Assembly: GCA_964581875.1 (NCBI GenBank) | Contig: CAZOPP010000003.1 | Span: 1-26,104 of the forward strand | Reading direction: 5' to 3' | Source of the DNA: an uncultured Candidatus Saccharibacteria bacterium | Lineage (GTDB): Bacteria > Patescibacteriota > Minisyncoccia > Phycocordibacterales > CSBR16-119 | Length of the DNA: 26,104 nt | In this document: positions 1 through 8,475 of the stretch, in pieces | Layout: each line of letters opens with the position of its first letter | Numbering within the stretch: the first letter of the stretch is position 1 | Position numbers and translations under genes: made by a program | The notes under the pieces: model-generated | Told to the model about the DNA's origin: nothing | The model's input: the letters and a program-made list of their open reading frames with translations, nothing else | Database searches by the model: none

Positions 1-8
1 AAAGATAA

Positions 9-650
9 ATGTTGATAAACCTAAATAAATTACTTTTGATAATATTTCCGAAAAAATGCGTCGGTTGTCAGGCGCCCGACTTTTGGATATGTGAGACTTG
101 TTTGAATAAAATCCCAAAATCAAAAGAAACTATTTTCCCTTGGGCGACTTCGGTTTTTAAATATCAAAATCCGCTTGTTAGAAAAATAGTCTGGCTTATA
201 AAATTCAACAAAAAGCATTCTGTTTTGCGCGATATTGAAAAAACGGTGCAAGAAATCTTTGGAAATTTTTTGAAAAACAATTCTTTGGAAGGCAAAAAAA
301 TTATCCTCGTGCCAATTCCGATAACAAAACAAAGTAAAACAAAAAGAGGATACAATCAGTCGACCTTGATTTGCAAAGTTTTAGCCAAAGAAAATAAAAA
401 TATAGAAATTAACGAAAGTATTTTGGCAAAATCTTTTAATCACGCACCACAAAATAAAATAAAAGATAGAAATAAAAGAATAAAAAATGTTAAAAATTCT
501 TTTAAGGTTGTTTCAGGAAATTCTCTGCGAGATGAAATAATTATTTTGATTGATGACGTGGTGACAACCGGCGCAACAATAGAAGAAGCAAAGAAAACTT
601 TAAAAAATTCAGGCTTCAAAAAAATTTACGGATTTTCACTGGCGCATTAA
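9..650 (+). CDS. comF: ComF family protein (double zinc ribbon plus phosphoribosyltransferase domain)
   Basis: N-terminal FPKKCVGC..ICETC, then KRGYNQS and the PRTase motif IILIDDVVTTGATI. Confidence 0.88.
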   Translation: MLINLNKLLLIIFPKKCVGCQAPDFWICETCLNKIPKSKETIFPWATSVFKYQNPLVRKIVWLIKFNKKHSVLRDIEKTVQEIFGNFLKNNSLEGKKIILVPIPITKQSKTKRGYNQSTLICKVLAKENKNIEINESILAKSFNHAPQNKIKDRNKRIKNVKNSFKVVSGNSLRDEIIILIDDVVTTGATIEEAKKTLKNSGFKKIYGFSLAH

Positions 651-1054
651 GATAATTCTAAAGATTTTAATTTCTTATATAAATCATCCAGATCTTCAAA
701 AGAGATAATTTTCTCAGCTAGCTCATTAACAAAAGTTGTCTTGACACCATCTTTATTTGCAAGAATTATTTTTTTACCTTTGGCATATGCATAGCCAATC
801 TCTAAAAGCATTCCCTCACTTTTATCTTTAGATTTAACAAAAGCAAAAACATAGTCAGACTCATCAAGTTCTTTAAGAGCATAGTCAAGTATTTGTTTAT
901 ATGAATATTTTTCTTCCATGAAAAAGTCATTGTGTCCAAAAGAACAAAAAACTGAAAGACCCTTACTTTCAAATATTGAAATTATTTTTTCGAGAACATC
1001 TTTCAGCACCGAAAGATCTTCACCTGTATAACGATATGATATGAATATTTTCAT
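647..1054 (-). CDS. Nucleoside 2-deoxyribosyltransferase-like / N-glycosidase (NDT family)
   Basis: KIFISY start, LDESDYVFAF, and SEGMLLEIGYAYAKGKKII matching the NDT G-x-x-x-E-x-G-x-A motif; 135 aa. Confidence 0.78.
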   Translation of the reverse strand: MKIFISYRYTGEDLSVLKDVLEKIISIFESKGLSVFCSFGHNDFFMEEKYSYKQILDYALKELDESDYVFAFVKSKDKSEGMLLEIGYAYAKGKKIILANKDGVKTTFVNELAEKIISFEDLDDLYKKLKSLELS

Positions 1055-1072
1055 AATTTACTAACTAACCTG

Positions 1073-1159
1073 CGGAGGATGAGAGATTCGAACTCTCGGA
1101 GGGTTTTACCCCTCGGCGGTTTAGTAAACCGCTGGTTTCAGCCACTCACCCAATCCTCC
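1073..1159 (-). tRNA. tRNA-Ser with anticodon ACT (class II, long variable arm)
   Basis: Reverse complement folds as: acceptor GGAGGAT/ATCCTCC (7 bp), D arm GGT/ACC with GG, anticodon stem GCGGT/ACCGC with loop TTACTAA, variable stem GAGGG/CCCTC, T arm GAGAG-TTCGAAT-CTCTC, discriminator G73; CCA not encoded. Confidence 0.9.
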
Positions 1160-1169
1160 AATAAGTAAT

Positions 1170-1197
1170 ATCTTACTTATATATAAAATCTAAGCAA
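1170..1197 (-). promoter_or_regulatory. Putative sigma70 promoter for tRNA-Ser(ACT)
   Basis: TTGCTT-N16-TAAGAT on the minus strand, 10 nt before tRNA G1. Confidence 0.45.
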
Positions 1198-1214
1198 ATT
1201 TTATGTTTCTAGCC

Positions 1215-1712
1215 CTAAGCATTCTTTTTATCTTTGTAACCATAAGACAAATTATTGTATTCATTCGTTGGATATTCACAAATACCCTCTTCGTGCCAAA
1301 GTAAAAAATTTGCAATGCCAACATCCAGTGCAAATCTACTGCATACAGTACAGAAAGGTTCACCAGATTTTAAAATATTTCCTTCTTTATCGACTCTCGT
1401 AAAATACAAAGAAGCTCCTTTTGTTTTATCAGGATTATTTTTTACAGCATCAAGAATAGCTCTCCATTCAGCATGCATGCAACACGTGTGATCATATTTT
1501 GGTTTTCCAGAAAAATCATATTCTTCTAGACATTTTTGATTTTGAGAATCATCTAAAGGCGGAGCGTTGTATCCCCTGCCAATAACTTCCCCATCTTTCA
1601 CAATAACAGTTCCACACTTTGCGCGAAGACAAAGAGCTTTTTCTGCAACCTTAGCAGCTTCTTTCATCCATCTTATTGACTCTTGTTCTTCTGTGTTTTT
1701 TAGGTATTTCAT
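1215..1712 (-). CDS. Zn-dependent cytidine/deoxycytidylate deaminase family protein (dCMP deaminase/ComEB-like)
   Basis: CLRAKCGTVIVKDGEVIGRGYN, HAE and PFCTVC Zn motifs; ATG at 1712 (8 nt after the EEP stop) preferred over TTG at 1733. Confidence 0.85.
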   Translation of the reverse strand: MKYLKNTEEQESIRWMKEAAKVAEKALCLRAKCGTVIVKDGEVIGRGYNAPPLDDSQNQKCLEEYDFSGKPKYDHTCCMHAEWRAILDAVKNNPDKTKGASLYFTRVDKEGNILKSGEPFCTVCSRFALDVGIANFLLWHEEGICEYPTNEYNNLSYGYKDKKNA

Positions 1713-1719
1713 AAAATTA

Positions 1720-2487
1720 TTATTCAAAATCAATTAAAATTGGAGAGTGATCGGACACTTCATCAGGTAGAACTCTGAAATCATTAACCTTAATCCCTTT
1801 GCTCACAAAAATATAATCAGCAAATTTTTCTGGTTTTGTATAAAAAGAAGTTCTTGTGGAATTTACCCCGTATTCTAAAATAAGATTTCTCAAACCAAAA
1901 TCTTCAAACATTTTTAAACTTTTTGTATCTGGCAAAAGATTGAAATCTCCACACAAAACAATTTCTCCTTTTAAATTTTTTATAAACTCAATAATATTTT
2001 TTGATTGCTCGATCCTCTCTTCTGAATCACCCTTGCCTTGACCATTCCACAATCCATGAAAATTTATAACTGTTACATCTTTGGAATTTAAATTAAAACT
2101 TGTGTATTGAATATTTCTTGCATGGCGGCCTATATCGCCTTTAGGCAAGTAGCCTTTATACCTATATACAAAAAGCTCACCTTCTTTTACTAAATTAATA
2201 TTATTTTTAAGCGAAATCATCAGTCCGTAATTATCTAGGTAATGAGGATTAAAGATCGATTTATAATCAGAAAGGATTTTAGAAATATCTTGCATTCCAT
2301 AAACAAGAATATTTTCGTGTTCTATATTTTTCCCTCCAGCAGAAAAACCTTCAAGGTCGTCATATGGAGCTGACCAAATTTCCTGTAAGCAAAAAATATC
2401 TATTTTATCTTTATTTGATCGAAAAAACTGTAATAGGTTTTCACATCCAGCTCTACCTCCCCAAGTATTTAGTGTTATTAATTTCAT
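1720..2487 (-). CDS. Endonuclease/exonuclease/phosphatase (EEP) family protein
   Basis: LITLNTW, DIFCLQE, GDFN, DYIF and SDHSP motifs; start moved to ATG 2487 because the track's longer ORF runs through a tRNA gene. Confidence 0.9.
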   Translation of the reverse strand: MKLITLNTWGGRAGCENLLQFFRSNKDKIDIFCLQEIWSAPYDDLEGFSAGGKNIEHENILVYGMQDISKILSDYKSIFNPHYLDNYGLMISLKNNINLVKEGELFVYRYKGYLPKGDIGRHARNIQYTSFNLNSKDVTVINFHGLWNGQGKGDSEERIEQSKNIIEFIKNLKGEIVLCGDFNLLPDTKSLKMFEDFGLRNLILEYGVNSTRTSFYTKPEKFADYIFVSKGIKVNDFRVLPDEVSDHSPILIDFE

Positions 2488-2512
2488 AACAAATATTGAT
2501 TTAAGGTCGTTG

Positions 2513-2599
2513 CGGAGACGGAGAGATTCGAACTCTCGGGGCCGATTAAAGCCCACCTCCTTAGCAAGGAGGCACATTAGACCACTCTGACACGTCTCC
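2513..2599 (-). tRNA. tRNA-Ser(GCT)
   Basis: Acceptor GGAGACG/CGTCTCC, anticodon stem CCTCC/GGAGG with loop TTGCTAA, long variable arm, T arm GAGAG-TTCGAAT-CTCTC, G73. Confidence 0.95.
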
Positions 2600-2654
2600 G
2601 TATAAAGCCTAGATTAACATAAAAAACAACATTATAAAAGAAATTTTAATATCA

Positions 2655-2683
2655 TTGACAAGTATAAGTATTAAGCCTAATAT
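2655..2683 (+). promoter_or_regulatory. sigma70 promoter of the HD gene
   Basis: TTGACA-N17-TAATAT, 24 nt before ATG 2708. Confidence 0.7.
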
Positions 2684-2707
2684 CAAATTGAACGAACACA
2701 TTTCAAA

Positions 2708-3271
2708 ATGAAAAGGTACTACAAACTTGAAGAGCTTGTGAAAGCTATTGAGGGAAAGAATGGTAAGATCTGCGAGAAGATACTAGCAGACAATATCAAT
2801 CTTTTCAAAACTGTTCAAGGTTCATCGAACAATCACCAGGCATGGAAGGGTGGTTATTACGACCATGTTATGGAGTGCATGAACTTTGCAATCTATCTAT
2901 ATGATTGTATGAGCTACTTGAGGAAACTCGACTTCACAATATCTGATGCACTTTTGATACTTTTCCTTCATGATATTGAGAAACCCTGGAAGTACGATAT
3001 CGTAGAAGGAAAAGCGGTAATCAAAGAAAGTCTTTACAGCAAAGATGCTCAAAAAGACTTTCGAGAAAAACAGCTTCACAAATATGGAATTAAGCTCACA
3101 CCAGACCAAGAAAACGCAATGAAATATGTTGAGGGTGAGTACAAAGATTACAGCCCACAAAGACGTACCATGAATGAACTTGCTGCATTTTGTCACATGT
3201 GCGACATGGCAAGCGCTCGAATATGGCACAACCAACCCCAAAATGACGATGCGTGGAGTGGCAAGTTTTAA
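2708..3271 (+). CDS. HD-domain phosphohydrolase (YhaM/Cbf-like HD core, no OB fold)
   Basis: GSSNNHQAWKGGYYDHV ... LFLHDIEK ... CDMASA (H, HD and D residues). Confidence 0.8.
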   Translation: MKRYYKLEELVKAIEGKNGKICEKILADNINLFKTVQGSSNNHQAWKGGYYDHVMECMNFAIYLYDCMSYLRKLDFTISDALLILFLHDIEKPWKYDIVEGKAVIKESLYSKDAQKDFREKQLHKYGIKLTPDQENAMKYVEGEYKDYSPQRRTMNELAAFCHMCDMASARIWHNQPQNDDAWSGKF

Positions 3272-3287
3272 CAACAGCACAATTACG

Positions 3288-3319
3288 AGAGCGGGAAATT
3301 TTCCCGCTCTTTGCTTTTT
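3288..3319 (+). terminator. Intrinsic terminator after the HD gene
   Basis: AGAGCGGGAA-ATT-TTCCCGCTCT followed by TTGCTTTTT. Confidence 0.7.
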
Positions 3320-3337
3320 CTTGATATAATAAAGCAA

Positions 3338-4531
3338 ATGATAAGTACCGATACTTTTTACAAAGACTTGCCTGTAATTAAAAAAGATTTAGAAGAAGCT
3401 CTTACAAAAGAAGAGTATTTTAAAAGTGTCCCGAATAACTGGTCAATAATCGTTACCGATATCGAAAACTCAACAGAACAATTTGGAAAAGGAAGGTATC
3501 AAGAAATGAATATTATTTCCGCCAGCTCAATTATTGTCGCGCTAAATATTGCTGAAAAATACAAAATCGAAATTCCTTTCATATACGGCGGAGATGGAGC
3601 TTCAATAATCGTTCCAAAAAAAATTTTGGCAGAAGTTTTAGAAGCTTTGGCGACACTTCGAAACAACGCACTTTACAATTTCCGACTTTCGCTTCGGGTT
3701 GGATCAATCTCTATCGAAAGCTTGAAAGAATACGGACATAGATTGAAAGTTGCTAAAATAAAAATTGTAGATAGCTACACGCAAGCTATTTTCTTGGGGG
3801 CGGGACTTAGCCAAGCTGAAAAAATTATTAAATCAGACAAAAGATTTATAACAAAAAGAGAGGGTGATTCTGGTAAATTAAATTTAAGCGGACTTCAATG
3901 CAGGTGGAATGAAATAGAACCGCCAGCGCACAAAAAAGATATTTTGGTTTTGATAATCAACCCAATCAAAAAACAAAAGCAAACGATAATCTATCAGCAT
4001 GTTTTAAGAGATATTGAAAATGTTTATGGATCTTTTCGAAGGCGCCACCCAATATCTGGAAAAGAAATCGGCCACAGTTCTGATTTTAAAACGCTTTCAA
4101 GAGCATCGTATTTAAAATATGGAAAGTTAAATATTTTCTACACCGGTTTTCAAATGTTCAAATCTTTTTTAAGTAAAATGTATATTCGAACGAATATTAA
4201 ACTCCCAATTCAAATTCACGAAGACTATATTCAAGGCGATATTGCCACAGCGACAGACACTTTAAAAATCGACGGCTCTTTAAAAACGATTGTTGCTGGA
4301 ACAAAAAAACAAAGATTAGAACTTTTGAAAAAGCTCGAGCGTCGTGAAAGAAATAGAGAAATTTTGTTTGGTCATTTTGGAACAGATTCAACAACAATAA
4401 CCTGTTACGTCCACAAGCGAGAAAAAGAATATATAAACTTTATCGACGGAACAGACGGCGGATATGTGAGAGCCGCACAGGAATTAAAAAACAAACTAAG
4501 ATACGGAATAAATTACAAAAATATTATCTAG
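3338..4531 (+). CDS. DUF3095 family protein (nucleotidyl-cyclase-like motifs)
   Basis: VPNNWSIIVTDIENST, GRYQEMN, IPFIYGGDGA, LSGLQCRW and FIDGTDGGY; ATG 3338 lies 7 nt after TGaTATAAT. Confidence 0.75.
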   Translation: MISTDTFYKDLPVIKKDLEEALTKEEYFKSVPNNWSIIVTDIENSTEQFGKGRYQEMNIISASSIIVALNIAEKYKIEIPFIYGGDGASIIVPKKILAEVLEALATLRNNALYNFRLSLRVGSISIESLKEYGHRLKVAKIKIVDSYTQAIFLGAGLSQAEKIIKSDKRFITKREGDSGKLNLSGLQCRWNEIEPPAHKKDILVLIINPIKKQKQTIIYQHVLRDIENVYGSFRRRHPISGKEIGHSSDFKTLSRASYLKYGKLNIFYTGFQMFKSFLSKMYIRTNIKLPIQIHEDYIQGDIATATDTLKIDGSLKTIVAGTKKQRLELLKKLERRERNREILFGHFGTDSTTITCYVHKREKEYINFIDGTDGGYVRAAQELKNKLRYGINYKNII

Positions 4532-6137
4532 GAAGCTCGACAGAAAACTGACTTCCCTTTCCTTGTCCATCTGAATGCGCAAAAATATTTCCATGATGCG
4601 TTTCAACTATTTTCTTTGCGAGATAAAGCCCAAGTCCAGAACCAGACTTTGAAGCCTTGCCGGCCGCTCCGCGCAAAAACTTATCGAAAAGATCTTTTAA
4701 CTCTTCTTTTGAAATTCCAGGTCCTGTGTCAGAAACAGTTACGACAACTTTTTTGTCTTTTTTCAAAAGACTGACCACAACAGAACCTTTTTCTGTATAT
4801 TTTATCGAGTTGTCTATCAAGTTAACAAAAACCTGTCTTAGCTTGTTTGGATCAGCAGAAACAACGCACGGCGAATTTTCAAACTCAAAAGAAAGATCAA
4901 GACCCTTTTTCTCTGCCGACATTTTAAATTCTTCGACAATACTTCCTATAAAATCCAAAAGTTCGACTTCTTCTTTTTTAATAACCATTCCACCTTGCTC
5001 TATTTTTGAAATATCCAAAAGGTCGTTTACTGTATCGATTAAATCGTCTGTGGTTTTCTTCAGGTGAGAAACTGTCTCTGTATCGTATTTTGTTTTTAGA
5101 GAATCGAGTCCCCATTTTATTGAAGTTAGCGGACTTCTAAGCTGATGAGTTGCAAAAGAAAGAAATTCGTTTTTCTTTTCGTCCAGAAATGTAAGCTTTT
5201 TATTTAAGTTATCTAGACTAAGTGCGCGGTTTTTCTCTCTTTTGTTAATTGAAGTTATGGTTTTTCCAAGCAATACAAGGGCAAAGAGTGTGCTTAGAAT
5301 GATCAGGTTTTTTGAATAGTCGTCCGGAATAAAGATGAGACTTCCCACGAGTGCAACAGAAGAATATATTAGAACTTCTGATCTGTAAAATTTAAAGGAA
5401 AATATTTCGTATTCCACAGCAGTCAGAGCAAACAGCACAACACACACGACCATACCAATTGGAATTATTATATTAATAATATAAAAACTAGTGACTTCAC
5501 TAATAATATTTACAATCAAAAATACAGAGAAGAGCGCAGAAACACCTAGCATAACTCTTTTCTTGTAAGATGATTCATTTTCAGACTCTTCATTTAATTT
5601 TTTGAAACCCATAACACCAACCAAAATAAGTATTAGGGTTTGAATTCCGTAGAAAACATTCCAGAGGTTACCGGGCACACCCTCGCAAAGCTCTTGGTCG
5701 TAGCTTAAAATATTTAGCTGGCTGTTAATTAGAAAAAGAGAAAGTATCGGCAAAAGTAAATTTACATATTTGAATTTATGTAGAAACGGAGATTTGCCGA
5801 CGATGTAAGAAATAAGAAAGATTATCGAAGCAAAAAACAAACTCTCAAATACAATAGACATCTTCCAACTGTATAATATTGTTTGATGATACACGGCAGT
5901 CCATTGAATTATTTCGTTTGCAAGCCAGAGCGAGAAGAATAAAGCGGTTGAAAAAAAAGACAGTGAAAGTTTCGAAAACTTGTCACGAGAAACAGAGACA
6001 ATAGCAAAAACCATTGCTATTAAAATCGTCGGTATGTACGCATAAAAAAGAAGTTTCGGCGCTATTGTAAAATCAAACATACCTAAAAAACCAGGAATGG
6101 CATCTCCGCACATTTTTAAGTTATCCAAAATAGGCAT
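4524..6137 (-). CDS. Membrane sensor histidine kinase (multi-TM N-terminus, HisKA plus HATPase_c)
   Basis: About 7-9 hydrophobic segments, H-box ATHQLRSPL, N-box NLIDNSIKY, G1 DTGPGI, G2 GSGLGLY. Confidence 0.93.
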   Translation of the reverse strand: MPILDNLKMCGDAIPGFLGMFDFTIAPKLLFYAYIPTILIAMVFAIVSVSRDKFSKLSLSFFSTALFFSLWLANEIIQWTAVYHQTILYSWKMSIVFESLFFASIIFLISYIVGKSPFLHKFKYVNLLLPILSLFLINSQLNILSYDQELCEGVPGNLWNVFYGIQTLILILVGVMGFKKLNEESENESSYKKRVMLGVSALFSVFLIVNIISEVTSFYIINIIIPIGMVVCVVLFALTAVEYEIFSFKFYRSEVLIYSSVALVGSLIFIPDDYSKNLIILSTLFALVLLGKTITSINKREKNRALSLDNLNKKLTFLDEKKNEFLSFATHQLRSPLTSIKWGLDSLKTKYDTETVSHLKKTTDDLIDTVNDLLDISKIEQGGMVIKKEEVELLDFIGSIVEEFKMSAEKKGLDLSFEFENSPCVVSADPNKLRQVFVNLIDNSIKYTEKGSVVVSLLKKDKKVVVTVSDTGPGISKEELKDLFDKFLRGAAGKASKSGSGLGLYLAKKIVETHHGNIFAHSDGQGKGSQFSVELPR

Positions 6138-6173
6138 TATGTATTTACTTATTTATTATAGTAAAATTATATC

Positions 6174-7472
6174 ATGAAAATATTATTTGTATCTAAAAAT
6201 CTCATTGGTGGAGATCTCGCACGAAAGCTACATGAAGAAGGTAACGAAGTTAAACTATTTATTGGTGATCTGAAATCAAAAAAAAATTTAGACGGTATTG
6301 TTCCAAAAACAGAAAACTGGGAACTCGAGCTTGATTGGGTAAAAGAAGACGGCCTCATAGTTTTTGATGATATTGGATACGGAGAAACTCAAGACTATTT
6401 AAGAAAAGAAGGTTTTAATGTTTTTGGCGGAAGCGCTGAAGCAGAAAAACTTGAAATAAACAGAGAGTATGGCCAAGAGATGTTTAAAAGGCACGGAATA
6501 CTCACGACAAAACTTTTTGATTTCCAATCTCCAAGCGAGGCACTGAAATTTGTCACTAAAAACGGTGGACGTTGGGTTATTAAACAAAACGACCATATTT
6601 CAAAAGATATTACCTACATAGGAAACACAGAATCTGGAGAAGATGTCATTTCGGTATTGCAAAACTACATAACCGACCCAATGATAAGCAAACACCCAAT
6701 AACTCTACACCAATTCATAAATGGTATCGAAATCGGAGTCGGAAGATATTTTAATGGTAAAAAATGGATTGGTCCGACAGAAATAAATTTTGAACATAAG
6801 AGATTTTTTCCAGGAGACATCGGTCCACTAACCAGTGAAATGGGAACGCTCGCGTGGTATGAAGAAAAAGATAATTTTTTATTTAATGAGATACTCTCGC
6901 CTTTTGAAGACTTTTTAAGATCCACAAACTTTCGTGGTGATTTTGAAATAAATTGTATCGCCAACGAAAAAGGGGTCTTCGCTATTGAAGCAACAACAAG
7001 GCTCGGCACACCCATAATTCATCTTCAACAAGAAATCCACATTTCGCCTTGGGCTGACTTTTTACTTGCCATAGCAAAAGGAGAAGACTTTGAACTAAAA
7101 TACAACAAAGGTTGCGGCATAGTGATACTTTTAGCTGTCCCGCCATTTCCTTACACAAAAGGTGTATCAAGAACAGAACATGCATATGAAAATATTGCAA
7201 TTTATTTTGAAAATCTAACAGAAGAAGAAAAATCTCACCTACATTTTGAGGATGTGATGCGTGACGAAAATGGCACTTATCGAATAGCTGGACAAGATGG
7301 ATATGTTGGATACATTACCGGCCTTGGCGAAACAGTAGAAGAAGCGCGTGCTAAAGTTTGCAGTATCGCAGAGAAAGTTATTATTCCAAAAGTCATGTAC
7401 AGAAATGATATCGGTTTAAAATTTATTCAAGAAAACCAATTTAAACTTAAAAAGTTTGGATATTTAGAATAA
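6174..7472 (+). CDS. Divergent PurD (GAR synthetase)-like ATP-grasp ligase
   Basis: FGGSAEAEKLE, VIKQN, GDIGPLTSEMGT, EATTRLGTP, DGYVGYITGLG, YRNDIG; the canonical GGREHA and NTGGMG motifs are altered. Confidence 0.75.
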   Translation: MKILFVSKNLIGGDLARKLHEEGNEVKLFIGDLKSKKNLDGIVPKTENWELELDWVKEDGLIVFDDIGYGETQDYLRKEGFNVFGGSAEAEKLEINREYGQEMFKRHGILTTKLFDFQSPSEALKFVTKNGGRWVIKQNDHISKDITYIGNTESGEDVISVLQNYITDPMISKHPITLHQFINGIEIGVGRYFNGKKWIGPTEINFEHKRFFPGDIGPLTSEMGTLAWYEEKDNFLFNEILSPFEDFLRSTNFRGDFEINCIANEKGVFAIEATTRLGTPIIHLQQEIHISPWADFLLAIAKGEDFELKYNKGCGIVILLAVPPFPYTKGVSRTEHAYENIAIYFENLTEEEKSHLHFEDVMRDENGTYRIAGQDGYVGYITGLGETVEEARAKVCSIAEKVIIPKVMYRNDIGLKFIQENQFKLKKFGYLE

Positions 7473-8393
7473 GATAAAAGGTAGTCCAGCTATCGTCAGA
7501 AGTATTCCTATAACCTGAATAATTCTTTCTTTTACAGTAAGGGATTCTTCACTTTTTGTCTTTGAAAAAAGAGCAATAACAAGACCAAATATAATCACAA
7601 TCACCGGCTGGAAAGAACCTACAAGCGACACCAGTGCAACAGGCGCAAGAAGTGAGGCGTAATTTGAAATCATTGTACCTGCGATAAATAAGAATTCGTT
7701 TACTGCGTTTATAGAATAAAATTTTAGTCCTTTGTTTACAAATATTTTTAGAAACGAATCTCTGTACGGCTTTATAAAAATAAAAAATATCAAACCTAGA
7801 ATACTTAACCCAACGTATTGCCAAAATGAAGAAACCCAGAAAGACTGCACATCTGATCCGAATTTAAAAAGAATAGTCATAAGACCATAGGCAAAAGAAG
7901 CAAAAAACATGAGTAGGGCTACTTTCTTTTTAAATAGGAGTCCGAGCTCTGTTCTTTTAAAAGAGAGAAAGATAAGACCAGTAGTGATGACTAAAAATCC
8001 TAAAAATTGAGTTTTTGTTATAACTTCACCTAAAACCAAAAAACCTAGCACGAGATTAAATATTGGAATTGTGTTAAACCACGCCGTAACAGATGCGATG
8101 TCATCCTCCATAACAGCATAAAGATAAGCTAAAACAGAAAGACCTTCAAGGAATCCAACGACAATAAGAATAAGTCTGGTTTCTTTTACAACACTGAAAA
8201 CTTCTGGGTTAAACAAAAAAGTAATCGGTAAGATCAAAACACCGACAAGACACGACACTATAATGAGTGATCCGACCCCATGAGATTCGCCTCCAGTTTC
8301 ATCTTTTATAAAATGCTTTACTAAAAAAGCATCGATGTGGTTACCTAAGGCCCATACAACAGGAGCCAAAAGTGCTAATATAAACCATTCCAT
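7464..8393 (-). CDS. EamA/DMT family transporter (309 aa)
   Basis: About 10 TM segments in a duplicated EamA pattern; start at ATG 8393 (MEWFILALL), since the upstream in-frame extension is antisense to the receiver gene. Confidence 0.85.
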   Translation of the reverse strand: MEWFILALLAPVVWALGNHIDAFLVKHFIKDETGGESHGVGSLIIVSCLVGVLILPITFLFNPEVFSVVKETRLILIVVGFLEGLSVLAYLYAVMEDDIASVTAWFNTIPIFNLVLGFLVLGEVITKTQFLGFLVITTGLIFLSFKRTELGLLFKKKVALLMFFASFAYGLMTILFKFGSDVQSFWVSSFWQYVGLSILGLIFFIFIKPYRDSFLKIFVNKGLKFYSINAVNEFLFIAGTMISNYASLLAPVALVSLVGSFQPVIVIIFGLVIALFSKTKSEESLTVKERIIQVIGILLTIAGLPFILF

Positions 8394-8399
8394 CACACA

Positions 8400-8428
8400 A
8401 TAATAGCAAGGGCTTACAAACCGAGCAA
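8400..8428 (-). promoter_or_regulatory. Promoter of the EamA gene (leaderless type)
   Basis: TTGCTC-N17-TATTAT with extended TG; 6 nt to ATG. Confidence 0.55.
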
Positions 8429-8438
8429 TCCACAATGT

Positions 8439-8467
8439 TTGCGATGTTTCGTATGTCGTAGTAAAAT
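8439..8467 (+). promoter_or_regulatory. Promoter of the response regulator gene
   Basis: TTGCGA-N17-TAAAAT; 8 nt to ATG. Confidence 0.55.
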
Positions 8468-8475
8468 AAAAACGT

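Noticed and set aside
1121-1127. Reading the loop TTACTAA as an amber suppressor (CTA)
   Set aside because: The 5-bp stem fixes a 7-nt loop with U33 and anticodon ACT; CTA would need A at position 33.
1215-1712. Calling the deaminase TadA
   Set aside because: It lacks EVPVG and DPTAHAE and shows dCMP-deaminase-type C-x-R and GYN-x-PP motifs; tRNA activity is kept only as a hypothesis.
2488-2577. 30-aa N-terminal extension of the EEP ORF
   Set aside because: It is the tRNA-Ser(GCT) gene read as codons.
1073-2599. Prophage or integrative element with attL/attR at the two tRNA-Ser copies
   Set aside because: Both copies are complete tRNAs with different paired stems, not a partial 3' duplication, and no integrase is present.
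647-7472. Short convergent stop overlaps (647-650, 4524-4531, 7464-7472) as a regulatory system
   Set aside because: Expected from genome compaction in an AT-rich genome; nothing else suggests a function.
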